The notes under the pieces are model-generated. The model made no database searches. It saw only the letters and a program-made list of their open reading frames with translations, and had not been told where the DNA came from. A DNA stretch of 64,000 nt from Candidatus Saccharicenans sp. (lineage in GTDB: Bacteria > Acidobacteriota > Aminicenantia > Aminicenantales > Saccharicenantaceae). The stretch covers positions 1,228-65,227 of the forward strand of contig DAOLNQ010000010.1 in NCBI GenBank assembly GCA_035416665.1, in the 5' to 3' direction. A program made the translations under genes and the position numbers. Positions 20,113-31,606 of this stretch are shown here, one piece after another (within the stretch, counting starts at the first letter, position 1; each line of letters starts with the position of its first letter).

Positions 20113-20757
20113 ATGATTGAAGGACTTATCGGTAAAAAAATTGGTATGACCCAGATTTTTGATGAAGCTGGAAATGTTATTCCGGTTACCGTCATCAAGG
20201 CTGGTCCCTGTACGGTCATCCAGAAAAAGACCAGGGGAAAAGATGGTTATGAGGCCCTGCAGCTTGGTCTGGTTGAAGAAAAAACCAGGAAGCATCCCAA
20301 TAAACCTGAAACCGGTCATTTTAAGAAGTCGGGTAGCCCTGTTCTTAAAGTTTTAAGGGAAGTGAAATGTCAGGGCGCCGAAGATATTAAGGAAGGTGAC
20401 CAGCTGCTGGTAAATATGTTCGAAGTTGGCGAAAAAGTTCAGGTTACCGGTCTCAGTAAGGGAAAAGGTTTTCAGGGAGTCATGAAGCGTCACGGCTTTG
20501 CCGGTGGTGGAGCGGCTCATGGGTCAATGTTTCATCGAGCTCCTGGATCTATTGGCGCTTCTTCCTATCCTTCCCGGGTTATTAAAGGCATGAGAATGGG
20601 TGGGCGTATGGGTCAGGATAGGATCTCGGTAAAGAATCTGAAGATCGTCCAAATAGATGAAGAGAACAATCTGATTCTGGTCAAAGGAGCTATCCCCGGG
20701 GCTTGTGGCGGTTTGGTCCTGATCAAAAAGGGTTCGTTTAAAGCCAAGAATTCATGA
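20113..20757 (+). CDS. rplC: 50S ribosomal protein L3
   Basis: [17 protein letters not shown]-terminus. AGGAG lies 7 nt upstream of ATG 20113. The ORF track's ATG 20107 is too close to the SD. Confidence 0.92.
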   Translation: MIEGLIGKKIGMTQIFDEAGNVIPVTVIKAGPCTVIQKKTRGKDGYEALQLGLVEEKTRKHPNKPETGHFKKSGSPVLKVLREVKCQGAEDIKEGDQLLVNMFEVGEKVQVTGLSKGKGFQGVMKRHGFAGGGAAHGSMFHRAPGSIGASSYPSRVIKGMRMGGRMGQDRISVKNLKIVQIDEENNLILVKGAIPGACGGLVLIKKGSFKAKNS

Positions 20758-20777
20758 ATATGGGTAAAGAGTGTGAC

Positions 20778-21395
20778 ATGAAAGTACAAGTTTTGGATCA
20801 AAGCGGAAAGCCGGTGGAAGAAATAAGCATACCGGAAGATGTTTTTAATTACCCGGTAAAAGAACATCTGGTTTATGAAACGGTGGTCAATTACCTGGCC
20901 AATCAACGACAGGGCACAGCTTCTACCAAGACCAGGGCTGAAGTCAGTGGCGGCGGTCGGAAACCTTGGAGGCAGAAAGGAACAGGCCGGGCCAGAGCGG
21001 GCAGCAATCGTTCGCCACTCTGGCGGCACGGAGGCACGACCTTCGGGCCAAGACCAAGGGACTATAGTTACGAAATTCCCAAAAAGGCCAGAAAAAATGC
21101 CTTAAAATCGGCTCTGGCTGCCAAGCTGGCTGAAAATCTTCTGCTGGTGGTCAATGAGATTAATATTTCTCAGCCAAAGACCAAAGAAGCTGCTAGCTGG
21201 CTGAAAAATATGAACATTGATTCAGCTCTGATTGTTGATTCTAAAGAAAACAATAATCTTTTCCTGGCGGTCAGAAATATTCCAGAGGTTAAAGTAGTGG
21301 AAGGTGAAAAACTTAACACCTATGATGTGCTTAGGTATAAATGGCTGGTGTTCAGTCAGCAAGCCTTCAATTCACTGGTGGAGAGATTGAAATGA
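20778..21395 (+). CDS. rplD: 50S ribosomal protein L4
   Basis: MKVQVLDQSGK start fits L4 N-termini. The ORF track's longer start at 20754 remains possible. Confidence 0.9.
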   Translation: MKVQVLDQSGKPVEEISIPEDVFNYPVKEHLVYETVVNYLANQRQGTASTKTRAEVSGGGRKPWRQKGTGRARAGSNRSPLWRHGGTTFGPRPRDYSYEIPKKARKNALKSALAAKLAENLLLVVNEINISQPKTKEAASWLKNMNIDSALIVDSKENNNLFLAVRNIPEVKVVEGEKLNTYDVLRYKWLVFSQQAFNSLVERLK

Positions 21396-21688
21396 CCAAA
21401 GAAGCCAAGCAAATAATCCTCCGGCCATTAATAACTGAGAAAACTACCAGACTGAGAGATGCCAATCATGAAGTTTGCTTTGAAGTCGCGCCTGACGCTA
21501 ACAAAATTGAAGTTAAGAAGGCAGTCGAAGAGCTGTTCAAGACCAATGTGGAAAGTGTGACCATCGTCCAGTTAAAGGGTAAGGTTAAAAGATTGGGACG
21601 TAGCCAGGGGCGAACTAAAGACAGGAAGAAAGCTTATGTCAAGCTGAAAAAAGGCGAGAAAATGATTGAATATTTTGAGGCAGTATAA
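21392..21688 (+). CDS. rplW: 50S ribosomal protein L23
   Basis: [22 protein letters not shown] overlap with the rplD stop. The ORF track's start at 21341 lies inside rplD. Confidence 0.92.
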   Translation: MTKEAKQIILRPLITEKTTRLRDANHEVCFEVAPDANKIEVKKAVEELFKTNVESVTIVQLKGKVKRLGRSQGRTKDRKKAYVKLKKGEKMIEYFEAV

Positions 21689-21690
21689 CC

Positions 21691-22518
21691 ATGGGTATTA
21701 AAATTTATAAACCTGTTACCTCAGGCTTACGGCACCGAACCGGTTTAAGTCATGAAGATGTGACAAGCGAGCAGCCCTACAAGCCGCTCCTGGTCTCTTT
21801 GCCGAAAAGCGGTGGCCGGAACAATAAAGGCCATCTGTCTACCCGTCATCGTGGCGGTGGTCATAAGAAGCTCTACCGGTTGATTGATTTCAAGCGCGAT
21901 AAGATAGGTATTAGCGGTGTGGTAGAGACAATTGAATATGATCCAAATCGTTCTGCCTATATATCACTTATCAAATATCAGGATGGCGAACGGCGCTATA
22001 TTCTTACTCCGGTCAATTTAAAAGTCGGTGACACTATTATCTCGTCTGATCAGCCGGTTGATATTTTACCTGGAAATTGCCTGCCTCTTAAGTATATCCC
22101 GGTTGGGACTATTGTTCATAATGTAGAGCTGACTATAGGTAAAGGCGGACAGATAGCCAGAGGAGCGGGAGCTGGCGTTCAGATTCTGGGCAAAGAAGGT
22201 GACTATGCTCAGTTGAGGTTGCCCTCGTCTGAAATCAGAAAGGTCCATATTAACTGCCGGGCGACTGTCGGTCAGGTTTCCAATCTTGATCATCAGAATA
22301 TCAGTATTGGAAAAGCAGGACGAAGCCGCTGGCTCGGGATCAGGCCGCACGTTCGGGGCACTGCTATGAATCCCATTGACCATCCACATGGTGGTGGTGA
22401 AGGCAGAACCAAAGGCGGACGCCATCCGGTCAGCCCGGAAGGTATCCCGACCAAAGGTTATAAGACCAGAAAAAATAAAAGAACACAGGCTTTTATTATT
22501 AGAAGAAGGAGCAAATAA
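21691..22518 (+). CDS. rplB: 50S ribosomal protein L2
   Basis: 275 aa, [14 protein letters not shown] and [13 protein letters not shown]. Confidence 0.97.
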   Translation: MGIKIYKPVTSGLRHRTGLSHEDVTSEQPYKPLLVSLPKSGGRNNKGHLSTRHRGGGHKKLYRLIDFKRDKIGISGVVETIEYDPNRSAYISLIKYQDGERRYILTPVNLKVGDTIISSDQPVDILPGNCLPLKYIPVGTIVHNVELTIGKGGQIARGAGAGVQILGKEGDYAQLRLPSSEIRKVHINCRATVGQVSNLDHQNISIGKAGRSRWLGIRPHVRGTAMNPIDHPHGGGEGRTKGGRHPVSPEGIPTKGYKTRKNKRTQAFIIRRRSK

Positions 22519-22520
22519 CT

Positions 22521-22811
22521 ATGGGCAGGTCGATTCGCAAAGGGCCCTATGTTGAGCCAAAATTAATGGAAAAGGTTCAGGCGGCACAGGCAGTCAAAGA
22601 AAAGCGCCAGATTATTAAGACCTGGTCGAGACGTTCTATCATTACTCCGGAAATGGTCGGGTTGACTTTCGGCGTGCATAACGGCCGCAAATTTATCCCG
22701 GTTTTTGTAACCGAACAAATGGTTGGTCACAAACTGGGTGAGTTCTCACCGACCAGGACTTTCAAGGGCCACACTTCTAAGACTGCTCGCCAGCTTAAAG
22801 TGGGTAAATAA
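22521..22811 (+). CDS. rpsS: 30S ribosomal protein S19
   Basis: 96 aa, [11 protein letters not shown]...[16 protein letters not shown]. Confidence 0.96.
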   Translation: MGRSIRKGPYVEPKLMEKVQAAQAVKEKRQIIKTWSRRSIITPEMVGLTFGVHNGRKFIPVFVTEQMVGHKLGEFSPTRTFKGHTSKTARQLKVGK

Positions 22812-22813
22812 TC

Positions 22814-23176
22814 ATGGAAAAAGAAAATTATCTATCAGAGGCTAGCGCTCGTTATGTCAGGATGAGCCCCAGGAAGGGGCGCCTGGTAGCCGATTTAATC
22901 AGAAATAGGCTGGTTGGAGAAGCGCTGACCATCCTGAAATTTAACGAGCGAAAAAAGATCAGTGCTATCATAGAAAAAGTTTTACGGTCGGCCATTGCCA
23001 ACGCCCAGCAGAAATCACCCAATGTTGATGTTGATAATCTTTATATAGCCAAGATTCAGATTGAACAGGGACCGATCATGAAGAGAATCAGGCCAGCTCC
23101 TCAGGGCAGAGCTTATCGCATCTTGAAGAGGATGAGCCACGTAAAAATCTGTTTAGACGAAAAGAAAGGGAGATAG
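22814..23176 (+). CDS. rplV: 50S ribosomal protein L22
   Basis: 120 aa, RMSPRKGRLVADLIR, conserved synteny. Confidence 0.94.
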   Translation: MEKENYLSEASARYVRMSPRKGRLVADLIRNRLVGEALTILKFNERKKISAIIEKVLRSAIANAQQKSPNVDVDNLYIAKIQIEQGPIMKRIRPAPQGRAYRILKRMSHVKICLDEKKGR

Positions 23177-23179
23177 ACC

Positions 23180-23848
23180 TTGGGACAGAAGACGCATCCA
23201 ATCGGTTTTCGCTTAGGCTTTAATAAACAGTGGACTTCCCGCTGGTTTGCCAAGGGCAAAGATTATGCCCGTTTGGTTCATGAAGACCTGCAGATGAAAC
23301 AGGCAGTCAGAGACAAGTATGCTCATGCCGGCATTGCCAGTGTTGATGTGGAGAGAGTTGGACCAAAGATCCGGGTGATTATCCATACAGCCCGGCCCGG
23401 AATTATTATTGGTCGCGGCGGGAAAGAAATTGAGAATCTGAAAAGCTTGCTGGAAGGAATAGCCAAAAGGGAAGCGTATGTGGACATCAGAGAAGTTGAT
23501 AAGCCCGAGCTCAATGCTGCTCTGGTTGGAGAAGGCATTGCCACCCAGCTGGAGAAGAGGATAGCTTATAGAAGAGCCATGAGAAGAGCAGTTGAGAATG
23601 CTCTGAAAATGGGAGCCAGGGGTATTAAGGTTATGTGTTCAGGGCGGCTGGGCGGTGTGGAAATTGCGAGAACAGAATGGTACCTGAAGGGTCAACTCCC
23701 TCTGCAAACTCTCAAAGCTGACATTGATTATGCTTTTACCGAAGCTTTTACCACTTATGGTCAGATCGGGATCAAAGTCTGGATATACCGGGGAGACGTG
23801 GAAAAGGTCAGAGTCTCTTCTCAAATTATTGAATCAGAGGAGATCTAA
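23180..23848 (+). CDS. rpsC: 30S ribosomal protein S3
   Basis: 222 aa, TTG start, [15 protein letters not shown] domain. Confidence 0.95.
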   Translation: MGQKTHPIGFRLGFNKQWTSRWFAKGKDYARLVHEDLQMKQAVRDKYAHAGIASVDVERVGPKIRVIIHTARPGIIIGRGGKEIENLKSLLEGIAKREAYVDIREVDKPELNAALVGEGIATQLEKRIAYRRAMRRAVENALKMGARGIKVMCSGRLGGVEIARTEWYLKGQLPLQTLKADIDYAFTEAFTTYGQIGIKVWIYRGDVEKVRVSSQIIESEEI

Positions 23849-23850
23849 CC

Positions 23851-24273
23851 ATGTTGATGCCGAAAAAAGTTAAGTACCGGAAGCAGCATCGAGGCCGGAT
23901 GCGCGGTCGAGCCGAGCGAGGAGCAGAGCTGGCTTTTGGTGAGTACGGACTGCAGGCTCTCGAGCCGTGCTGGCTGACTGCCAGACAGATCGAAGCAGGG
24001 CGGGTAACCATTACCAGGTTTCTGAAGAAGCGCGGCAAGATGTGGGTCAGGGTTTTTCCCTGGAAACCGGTTACCAAGAAACCAACGGAGACCAGAATGG
24101 GCCGTGGTAAAGGTGATCCCGAGTTCTGGGTGGATGTCATTAGGCCTGGTCGGATTATCTTTGAAGTAGAAGGAATTGATTTTGCAACTGCTCAGGAATG
24201 TATGCGCTTAGCCGGACATAAATTGCCGATCAAGACCAGATTAATCTCCAGAGAACACAGGGAGCTAAGATGA
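23851..24273 (+). CDS. rplP: 50S ribosomal protein L16
   Basis: 140 aa, [16 protein letters not shown]. Confidence 0.96.
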   Translation: MLMPKKVKYRKQHRGRMRGRAERGAELAFGEYGLQALEPCWLTARQIEAGRVTITRFLKKRGKMWVRVFPWKPVTKKPTETRMGRGKGDPEFWVDVIRPGRIIFEVEGIDFATAQECMRLAGHKLPIKTRLISREHRELR

Positions 24274-24470
24274 AAATAAGAGAAATAAGAGAGCTATCAG
24301 CTGATGATTTAAGACAGAAGGTAATTGAACTTAAAGATCAGCTATCCAGGCTGCGTTTTCAGAAAGCTATGGGGCAACTGGATAATCCGATGAAAATCAG
24401 GAATATTAGAAAAGATATTGCCAGAATTAATACTGTGTTGCAGGAAATTCAGAAAAAAGAGGCAAAGTAA
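24270..24470 (+). CDS. rpmC: 50S ribosomal protein L29
   Basis: 66 aa. Conserved synteny and the LRFQ motif. Confidence 0.92.
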   Translation: MKIREIRELSADDLRQKVIELKDQLSRLRFQKAMGQLDNPMKIRNIRKDIARINTVLQEIQKKEAK

Positions 24471-24473
24471 AAA

Positions 24474-24773
24474 ATGGAAGCTAAACAGAAAAAAAGAGTG
24501 ACAACTAAAGTGGGCACGGTAGTGGCTAAAAAATCCGCCAAAACCGTCAAAGTGCTGGTCAAAACTCTCGAGAAGCATCCGCTTTACAAAAAAACGATCA
24601 GAACAAAAAAGATATTTCTGGCTCATGATGAGCTGGACAGATGTCAGGTTGGAGATGTGGTCAGAATTGCAGAGTCGAGACCAATCAGCAAGCTGAAGAG
24701 ATGGCGGGTAGCAGAGATTGTTGGCTTAGCTTCCAAAGACATAGAATCTGAAGTTAAGGATGAACTAACATGA
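24474..24773 (+). CDS. rpsQ: 30S ribosomal protein S17
   Basis: 99 aa, [17 protein letters not shown]...HPLYKK. Confidence 0.93.
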   Translation: MEAKQKKRVTTKVGTVVAKKSAKTVKVLVKTLEKHPLYKKTIRTKKIFLAHDELDRCQVGDVVRIAESRPISKLKRWRVAEIVGLASKDIESEVKDELT

Positions 24774-25138
24774 TTCAGATGAGAACCAAGCTCAAGGTGG
24801 CCGATAACTCAGGGGCCAGGAAGATCATGGCCATTACCCCCCTGGGCGGAGGTGTTGGCCAGGTGGCAACTATTGGTGATGTTATTTCTGCTTCTGTCAG
24901 AGAAGCTGATCCTGACAGCAAAATTCAAAAAGGGAAAGTGGTCAGGGCAGTCATCGTCAGAACCAGGAAGGAAGTCAGAAGGAAAGACGGTTCTTATATT
25001 CGTTTTGATGACAATGCAGCAGTTATTATCGATAAGACAGGTGAGCCACTTGGCACGCGTGTCTTTGGCCCGGTAGGCAGGGAGCTCAGAGAAAAGAAGT
25101 TCATGAAGATTATCTCTCTGGCTCCGGAGGTACTCTGA
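24770..25138 (+). CDS. rplN: 50S ribosomal protein L14
   Basis: 122 aa, [16 protein letters not shown]. Confidence 0.96.
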   Translation: MIQMRTKLKVADNSGARKIMAITPLGGGVGQVATIGDVISASVREADPDSKIQKGKVVRAVIVRTRKEVRRKDGSYIRFDDNAAVIIDKTGEPLGTRVFGPVGRELREKKFMKIISLAPEVL

Positions 25139-25467
25139 TGGCCAAATTTCATTTTAAGAAAAATGACCAGGTTATTGTCAGGAGCGGTAAGGATCGGGGA
25201 AAAACTGGCAAAATTCTTAAGGTTATACCTGAGGAGAATAGAGTGGTGGTGGAAAAGGTTAATTTTGTTAAGGTTTTCGTCCGTCCTGATCGCAGCCAGA
25301 ATATCCAGGGTGGGATAATGGAAAAAGAAGCTCCACTGCCGGTGTCACGGGTCATGCTCTACTGCCAGGAGTGTGGCCGCGGAGTTAGAAGCAAATATAA
25401 AATTTTAGAGGACGGGACTAAAATCAGGGTTTGCAGCCGATGTCAGGCCAATCTGGAAAAGTCCTGA
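25138..25467 (+). CDS. rplX: 50S ribosomal protein L24 (with C-terminal CxxC...CxxC)
   Basis: 109 aa. KOW motif (VIVRSGKDRGKTGKI). CQECG...CSRCQ resembles the Thermus-type L24. Confidence 0.94.
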   Translation: MAKFHFKKNDQVIVRSGKDRGKTGKILKVIPEENRVVVEKVNFVKVFVRPDRSQNIQGGIMEKEAPLPVSRVMLYCQECGRGVRSKYKILEDGTKIRVCSRCQANLEKS

Positions 25468-25478
25468 GAGGTTAGAAG

Positions 25479-26021
25479 ATGAGCAGGCTATTAGAACGTT
25501 ATAAAACCGAGATCATTAAAGATTTACAGCAAGAGCTGAAAATTGATAATGTCATGGCTGTCCCCAGACTGGAAAAGATTGTCATCAATGTGGGGGCAGG
25601 TGATGCTATCCAGAATATAAAGCTGCTCGATACAGCCAAGGTGGAATTAAGCTTGATTACCGGTCAATATCCGGCTATCGGTCGGGCCAGAAAATCGATA
25701 TCAGCCTTTAAGCTGAGGAAGGGCCAGCCTATCGCCTGTTATGTCACCTTAAGACGGGCGAGGATGTATGAATTTTTTGATCGTCTGGTCAATATTGTCC
25801 TGCCCCGGGTCAGAGATTTCCGGGGAGTTACTCCCTCTGGTTTTGACGGACGAGGGAATTATACTCTTGGCCTGAGAGATCAGCTGGTTTTCCCCGAAAT
25901 TGATTATACCAAGGTAGAAAGGCCGCGCGGCATGAACATAACCATTGTCACTACGGCCAGAAATGATCAGGAAGCCTATGCTCTGCTTAAAAAGCTAGGC
26001 ATGCCTTTTCGTGAATCTTGA
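25479..26021 (+). CDS. rplE: 50S ribosomal protein L5
   Basis: 180 aa. Conserved synteny and FRGV...[10 protein letters not shown]. Confidence 0.95.
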   Translation: MSRLLERYKTEIIKDLQQELKIDNVMAVPRLEKIVINVGAGDAIQNIKLLDTAKVELSLITGQYPAIGRARKSISAFKLRKGQPIACYVTLRRARMYEFFDRLVNIVLPRVRDFRGVTPSGFDGRGNYTLGLRDQLVFPEIDYTKVERPRGMNITIVTTARNDQEAYALLKKLGMPFRES

Positions 26022-26039
26022 TGAAAGGAAGGATGAAAA

Positions 26040-26225
26040 GTGGCGACCACTGCTAAGATTTATAAGGATTTATCGAAGCCAAAATATTCTATTCGCCATC
26101 GTAACCGCTGCCGCCTCTGCGGCCGGCCGAGAGGCTATTATCGTCAGTTTGATCTGTGTCGTCTGTGTTTCAGAAAACTGGCTTTAAAGGGTGAAATTCC
26201 CGGCATCACCAAGGCTTCCTGGTAA
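26040..26225 (+). CDS. rpsZ: 30S ribosomal protein S14 type Z (zinc-binding)
   Basis: 61 aa, GTG start, [22 protein letters not shown]. Confidence 0.94.
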   Translation: MATTAKIYKDLSKPKYSIRHRNRCRLCGRPRGYYRQFDLCRLCFRKLALKGEIPGITKASW

Positions 26226-26247
26226 AATTGCTTGAAAGGATGAAGTC

Positions 26248-26646
26248 ATGAGTGCGACTGACCCGATTGCAGATATGCTAACAAGAATCCGGAATGCCGT
26301 CAGGGCAAAAAAGAAAGAAATTAATTTGCCTTCTTCCCGGTTAAAAGTTGAAATTGCTCGTATATTAAAAGAAGAAGGCTATATCAAAAATTACAAACTG
26401 ATAGAAGATAATAAGCAAGGAATTTTAAATATTACTTTAAAGTATACTGATGATAACCAGAGTGCCATTACCGGACTTCGCCGGGTTAGTAAACCAGGCT
26501 GTCGGATTTACTGCAGCCAGGATTCAATTCCAAAGGTTCTGGATGGCCTGGGCATTGTCATTATCTCTACCTCCAGGGGAGTGATGACTGGCCAGCAGTG
26601 CGAAAAACTTGGTCTTGGTGGTGAGGTCCTGTGCGAAATCTGGTAA
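26248..26646 (+). CDS. rpsH: 30S ribosomal protein S8
   Basis: 132 aa, DPIADMLTRIRNA. Confidence 0.96.
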   Translation: MSATDPIADMLTRIRNAVRAKKKEINLPSSRLKVEIARILKEEGYIKNYKLIEDNKQGILNITLKYTDDNQSAITGLRRVSKPGCRIYCSQDSIPKVLDGLGIVIISTSRGVMTGQQCEKLGLGGEVLCEIW

Positions 26647-26667
26647 AACCAGGTGTGAGGTAAGAAC

Positions 26668-27213
26668 ATGTCGAGAGTAGGAAAGAAGCCTATAGAAATA
26701 CCGAACGGGGTGAAGGTAACTATATACTCTGATCGGTTGGAGTTTGAAGGTAAGCTGGGGAAATTATCCTCGCCTCTTTATGCTGGTCTCAAGGCTAAAC
26801 TGGAAGGTAATAAACTGCTCCTGGAAAGGGATAGCGAGGAACAGCAGATCCGGCAATTTCACGGCCTGTGCCGTTCTCTGGCTCACAATGCGGTGGTCGG
26901 CGTCACGCAGGGATACACCAAGCAGCTGGAAATCACCGGGGTCGGCTATCGGGCCAGGGTTGAAAAAAATAAACTCGAGCTAAATGTTGGCTATTCCCGT
27001 CCGATTATTTATGAAATCCCTGAGGGGATAGAGATTATTGCTGAAAAACCAACACTGCTAACAGTTAAGGGAATAGACAAGCAAAAAGTTGGCCAGGTAG
27101 CTGACACGATTAAAAGATTTAGACGGCCTGATCCTTATAAACAAAAAGGTATCAAGCTGGTTGGAGAAACGCTGATCAAGAAAGAGAGAAAAGCGGGGGT
27201 GGCCAGTGCTTAA
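26668..27213 (+). CDS. rplF: 50S ribosomal protein L6
   Basis: 181 aa, MSRVGKKPIEIP. Confidence 0.95.
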   Translation: MSRVGKKPIEIPNGVKVTIYSDRLEFEGKLGKLSSPLYAGLKAKLEGNKLLLERDSEEQQIRQFHGLCRSLAHNAVVGVTQGYTKQLEITGVGYRARVEKNKLELNVGYSRPIIYEIPEGIEIIAEKPTLLTVKGIDKQKVGQVADTIKRFRRPDPYKQKGIKLVGETLIKKERKAGVASA

Positions 27214-27580
27214 GTCAAAGTCCGAAATAAAAAAAGTCAGAAAAGAGAGAATAAGAAAAAGAATAAGAAAAGAATTAAAAGGTACGCCGTTAAGGCCGCG
27301 ATTGATTGTCATCAGGTCTAATCGTTATATCTATGCTCAGGTTGTGGATGATCTATCGGGGAAAGTTCTGGTCTCGGCTTCTACTCTGGAAAAAGAGTTT
27401 CGCGAAAAAGTCAAGAAGACCAAAGACAAAGAAGCCAGCCAGCAGCTTGGTTCTGTGCTGGGCAAAAGACTGAAAGAAAAGAATTTAGAGACAATCGTCT
27501 TTGACCGCAGAATTTATCCTTACCATGGCCGGGTAAAAGCCCTGGCGGAAGCCCTGAGGGCAGAAGGAATCTCTTTTTGA
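27206..27580 (+). CDS. rplR: 50S ribosomal protein L18
   Basis: 124 aa, GTG start overlapping the rplF end. RPRLIVIRSNRYIYAQVVDD. Confidence 0.93.
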   Translation: MLKSKSEIKKVRKERIRKRIRKELKGTPLRPRLIVIRSNRYIYAQVVDDLSGKVLVSASTLEKEFREKVKKTKDKEASQQLGSVLGKRLKEKNLETIVFDRRIYPYHGRVKALAEALRAEGISF

Positions 27581-27604
27581 GTGAGCATCTAAGGAGGAAT
27601 TAGC

Positions 27605-28129
27605 GTGGAACACGAAGATTTTGAAAAGCTTGATGAGCCACTGAGTCCGGAGATTGAATTAAAAGACCAGGTTATCTCGATCAGAAGAGTTACCAAAGTA
27701 GTTAAAGGTGGGAAAAACCTCAGTTTCTCTGCTCTGGTGGCCGTGGGTGATGAGAAAGGAAGAGTTGGCGTTGGCCTGGGTAAGGCACGGGAAGTTCCTC
27801 AAGCCATAGCTAAGGCGGTCGAAGATGCCAAAAAAAATATGATAGAAATCCCACTGAATGGAACGACCATTCCTCATCAGGTCAAAGGTGAAGCTGATGC
27901 TGGTTTAGTCGTGCTGAGGCCTGCCTCCCGAGGAACCGGGGTCATTGCTGGTGGTGCAATCAGAGTTATTCTTCAGCTGGCCGGGGTTAAGGATATCCTG
28001 ACCAAGTCGATCAGGAGTAGCAACCCCATCACCGTGGCTCAAGCGACGATGGATGCTCTGAAAAAGTTAAAGAAGCCGGAAGAAGTCGTCAAATTGAGAG
28101 GCAAGGAAAGCGAACAAATCCAAGCTTAG
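27605..28129 (+). CDS. rpsE: 30S ribosomal protein S5
   Basis: 174 aa, [23 protein letters not shown]. Confidence 0.95.
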   Translation: MEHEDFEKLDEPLSPEIELKDQVISIRRVTKVVKGGKNLSFSALVAVGDEKGRVGVGLGKAREVPQAIAKAVEDAKKNMIEIPLNGTTIPHQVKGEADAGLVVLRPASRGTGVIAGGAIRVILQLAGVKDILTKSIRSSNPITVAQATMDALKKLKKPEEVVKLRGKESEQIQA

Positions 28130-28141
28130 AGCGAGGTCAAC

Positions 28142-28339
28142 ATGCAGAAGAAAAAGTATCTCAAAATAAAGCTGGTTCGCAGTTTAATCGGACGGCCCGA
28201 GAAGCATCGACTGGTGGCCAGGGGGCTGGGGCTAAAAAAGTTAAACTCAGAGGTCATTAGAGAAGATTGCCCTGAAATAAGAGGGATGGTCAGGAAGATT
28301 TCTCATTTGGTCAAAGTAGAGGAGATTGAACAGCCATGA
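28142..28339 (+). CDS. rpmD: 50S ribosomal protein L30
   Basis: 65 aa. Conserved synteny and [13 protein letters not shown]. Confidence 0.92.
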   Translation: MQKKKYLKIKLVRSLIGRPEKHRLVARGLGLKKLNSEVIREDCPEIRGMVRKISHLVKVEEIEQP

Positions 28340-28782
28340 ACCTTAATAAACTAAATCCAGCTCAAGGTGCCAGGAAAAGCAATAAGAGGCGGGGAAGAGG
28401 CCCTGGTTCAGGCCTGGGTAAGACCGCTGGTCGTGGTCATAAAGGTCAATTATCAGGTGCAGGTTATAAAAGAAAATGGGGCTTTGAAGGCGGCCAGATG
28501 CCACTTCATCGCCGTCTTCCCAAGCGAGGGTTTAATAATAAGTTCAGAGTCGAATTTAGTGAAGTTAATCTTGATCAACTGGATAAACTTCCTCTGGCTG
28601 AAATTGGACTGAAGGAAATGGTTGAGTACAGACTTATTCATAATGAAGGAGAAAAGGTTAAGGTTCTGGCCAGAGGCCGTTTATCATCAGCCAAGACCAT
28701 ACAGGCTCAGGCTTTCTCTCAATCAGCGGTTAAAAAGATTGAAGAAAGCGGTGGAAAAGCGATCATTATCGGGAAGGAATAA
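28336..28782 (+). CDS. rplO: 50S ribosomal protein L15
   Basis: 148 aa, [21 protein letters not shown]. Confidence 0.95.
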   Translation: MNLNKLNPAQGARKSNKRRGRGPGSGLGKTAGRGHKGQLSGAGYKRKWGFEGGQMPLHRRLPKRGFNNKFRVEFSEVNLDQLDKLPLAEIGLKEMVEYRLIHNEGEKVKVLARGRLSSAKTIQAQAFSQSAVKKIEESGGKAIIIGKE

Positions 28783-30164
28783 TGTTAGAAAGTATCCGCA
28801 ACATCTTCAGCATTCCTGATTTAAGGAAAAGGGTCATCTTTACTCTTCTGCTGCTGGCTGTCTACCGCATTGGTTGTCAGATTCCAAATCCTGGCATCAG
28901 CGCTTCAGCCCTAGCTGAATTCTGGGAAAGTCAGCGTGGTTCGATCCTTGGTTTTTATGACCTTTTCTCCGGACGGGCTATGTCGAGAATGACCATTTTT
29001 GCTCTTGGCATCATGCCTTATATCAGCGCCTCAATTATACTTCAGCTGTTGACCGTGGTTTGGCCTTATCTCGAACGCTTATCGAAGGAAGGCGAACTGG
29101 GGCGGAGGAAAATTACTCAGTATACCAGGTATGGAACTTTAATAATCTGCTTTATTCAAGCTTTTGGTATCTCCATCTTTCTGGAGAATTTGACCAGTCC
29201 AACCGGAGCCAGAATCGTGCCCAGCCCGGGTTGGGGTTTCAGGCTGTTGACCATCCTGACCCTGACGACCGGCACTACTCTTATTATGTGGCTGGGTGAG
29301 CAAATATCAGAGAGAGGAATAGGCAACGGCATCTCTCTTATCATTTTTGCCGGCATTGTGGCCGGGCTGCCTCAGGGCATTAATAGCCTAATTACTGGTC
29401 TTAGAACAGGCAGTCTTGATCCCCTGCGAATTATTTTTCTGGTTGTTTTTATGCTGGCGGTCATTGCCTTTATCGTCTTTGTCGAGAGGGGTCAAAGGCG
29501 GATCCCGGTCTCCTATGCAAAACGGGTGGTTGGAAGGAAGGTTTATGGGGGGCAGAGTACCCATCTCCCCTTGAGAGTCAACACGGGCGGAGTTATTCCT
29601 ATTATTTTTGCTGCTTCAATTATAACCATCCCTTCGACTCTGGCCACTCTTTCTAAAGCTCCGATCTTTCAGACCATTGCCAGACAATTTGGTCCAGGCA
29701 TGCCTTTATATGTTCTAATTTATATTGCGGCTATCATTTTCTTTACCTATTTTTATGTTTCCATCATCTTTAACCCCAATGATGTAGCCGACAACTTGAG
29801 AAAATACGGTGGATTTATTCCCGGGATCAGGCCTGGCAAGAATACTGCTGATTATATCGATCAAGTGCTGACCCGGATCACACTGGTTGGTGCTATCTAT
29901 CTGGCCGCTATTGCCATTCTGCCTGAATTTCTGATGACCGGATTCAAGTTTGGTTCCCTGCCTTTAATTGGAAACTTTCTGGAAGCTAATCTTCCCCGCT
30001 GGATTACTCAGGGATTGAACATTGATTTTTACTTTGGCGGAACTTCTCTGTTGATTGTGGTCGGGGTGGCCATGGATACTATGCAGCAAATTGAAGCCCA
30101 GCTGGTCATGCGGCATTATGATGGCTTTATGAGGAGCACCCGGCTGAGAGGGAGAAGGGGATGA
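28782..30164 (+). CDS. secY: preprotein translocase subunit SecY
   Basis: 460 aa, about 10 TM segments. LGIMPYISASIILQLL and GISLIIFAGI. Confidence 0.96.
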   Translation: MLESIRNIFSIPDLRKRVIFTLLLLAVYRIGCQIPNPGISASALAEFWESQRGSILGFYDLFSGRAMSRMTIFALGIMPYISASIILQLLTVVWPYLERLSKEGELGRRKITQYTRYGTLIICFIQAFGISIFLENLTSPTGARIVPSPGWGFRLLTILTLTTGTTLIMWLGEQISERGIGNGISLIIFAGIVAGLPQGINSLITGLRTGSLDPLRIIFLVVFMLAVIAFIVFVERGQRRIPVSYAKRVVGRKVYGGQSTHLPLRVNTGGVIPIIFAASIITIPSTLATLSKAPIFQTIARQFGPGMPLYVLIYIAAIIFFTYFYVSIIFNPNDVADNLRKYGGFIPGIRPGKNTADYIDQVLTRITLVGAIYLAAIAILPEFLMTGFKFGSLPLIGNFLEANLPRWITQGLNIDFYFGGTSLLIVVGVAMDTMQQIEAQLVMRHYDGFMRSTRLRGRRG

Positions 30165-30820
30165 GGGTGATTCTTCTTGGCCCACCGGGAAGCGGCAAGG
30201 GAACCCAGGCCGATCTGATTCAACAGAGCTATGGCTTCCCTAAAATTTCTACCGGTGATTTGCTGAGGAAAGAAGTTGATCTCGGGACCGATTTAGGGAA
30301 AAAGGTCAGTCAGGAGATGAAGGCTGGCCGCCTGGTCTCAGACGAGCTGGTACTGGAGCTGGTGGAAAAGCGGATAGCCAGCGATGATTGCCGGCAAGGC
30401 TATGTCCTGGATGGCTTTCCGCGGACGCTTAATCAGGCTCGTCTGCTGGAGAAAGTCGAGGCTAACCGACCGGAGACGGCCTTTGAATTTAAGGTCAATG
30501 AACAGGAAATTTTGCGGCGCTTGTCGGGCCGGATGGTTTGCCTTCAGTGTGGAGCTGTGTATAATATAAACAATAACCGGCCTCAGGCCGATGGGTTGTG
30601 CGATTTGTGCGGTTCGAAGCTGGTGGTCAGAGAAGATGACCGTCCAGAGGTGATAAGAGAAAGAATAAGATTATATCTTGAGACAATAGCGCCTCTTATC
30701 GATTATTATTTCAGTAAGAATGTCCTGTTTGAGATTAACGCCGAGGATACAACAGAAAATATATTCAGAGCGATTCAAGCTGTGCTTGATCGCCGGTTGA
30801 CAGCGGGTAAGGAGCATTGA
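30161..30820 (+). CDS. adk: adenylate kinase (zinc-lid type)
   Basis: 219 aa. GPPGSGKGTQ and a lid CLQCG...CDLCG. Confidence 0.95.
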   Translation: MRVILLGPPGSGKGTQADLIQQSYGFPKISTGDLLRKEVDLGTDLGKKVSQEMKAGRLVSDELVLELVEKRIASDDCRQGYVLDGFPRTLNQARLLEKVEANRPETAFEFKVNEQEILRRLSGRMVCLQCGAVYNINNNRPQADGLCDLCGSKLVVREDDRPEVIRERIRLYLETIAPLIDYYFSKNVLFEINAEDTTENIFRAIQAVLDRRLTAGKEH

Positions 30821-30825
30821 ATTAA

Positions 30826-31590
30826 ATGATAGTTTTGAAATCCGAAGCCGAGATAGCCATGATGAGAGAAAGTGGCCGTCGGGTTGGCCGGATTTTGACG
30901 GAACTCAGAGAGATGATTAAACCGGGTGTGGAGACCAGAGAACTTGACCGTTATGCCGAGAAGAGAACTTTGGAGCTCGGTGCTATCCCGGCTTTTAAGG
31001 GCTATAATGGGTATCCGGCTTCCCTGTGCATTTCTATCAATGAGGAAATCGTTCATGGTATTCCGTCCGGTCGGCGGCTGAAAGAAGGCGATCTGGTCAG
31101 CCTTGATTTTGGTGTTATCTATGGTGGATTTTATGGCGATGCAGCTATTACAGTTCCGGTCGGGGAAGTTTCGGAAGAGGCCAGAAGATTAATGGAAGTG
31201 GCAGAAAAAAGTTTTTACCGAGGTCTCGAACAGTTAAAAGAAGGCAATCACCTGTCTGATATTTCAGCCGCTATCCAGGCTGAAGTAGAAAAGGCAGGAT
31301 TTTCGGTAATCAGAGATTTTGTTGGTCATGGGATTGGACGGGAATTGCATGAAGGTCCGCAAATTCCCAACTTTGGCCAGCCGGGCCACGGCCCGAAGCT
31401 GAAAAAGGGCATGACTCTGGCCATAGAACCAATGATTGCGGCCGGCCATTATGAAGTGGCTATCCTCAGTGATGACTGGACAGCAGTGACCAAAGATGGA
31501 AGTCTGGCCGCTCATTTTGAACATTCGGTCGCCCTGACTGAGTCTGGCGTGGAAATACTAACGGCAGATGATAAAGACTGGCGGCCTTAA
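30826..31590 (+). CDS. map: type I methionine aminopeptidase
   Basis: 254 aa. Metal ligands in DFGVIYGGFYGD, GHGIG, LAIEP and FEHSV. Confidence 0.94.
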   Translation: MIVLKSEAEIAMMRESGRRVGRILTELREMIKPGVETRELDRYAEKRTLELGAIPAFKGYNGYPASLCISINEEIVHGIPSGRRLKEGDLVSLDFGVIYGGFYGDAAITVPVGEVSEEARRLMEVAEKSFYRGLEQLKEGNHLSDISAAIQAEVEKAGFSVIRDFVGHGIGRELHEGPQIPNFGQPGHGPKLKKGMTLAIEPMIAAGHYEVAILSDDWTAVTKDGSLAAHFEHSVALTESGVEILTADDKDWRP

Positions 31591-31606
31591 ATCGGGAGTC
31601 GGGTGA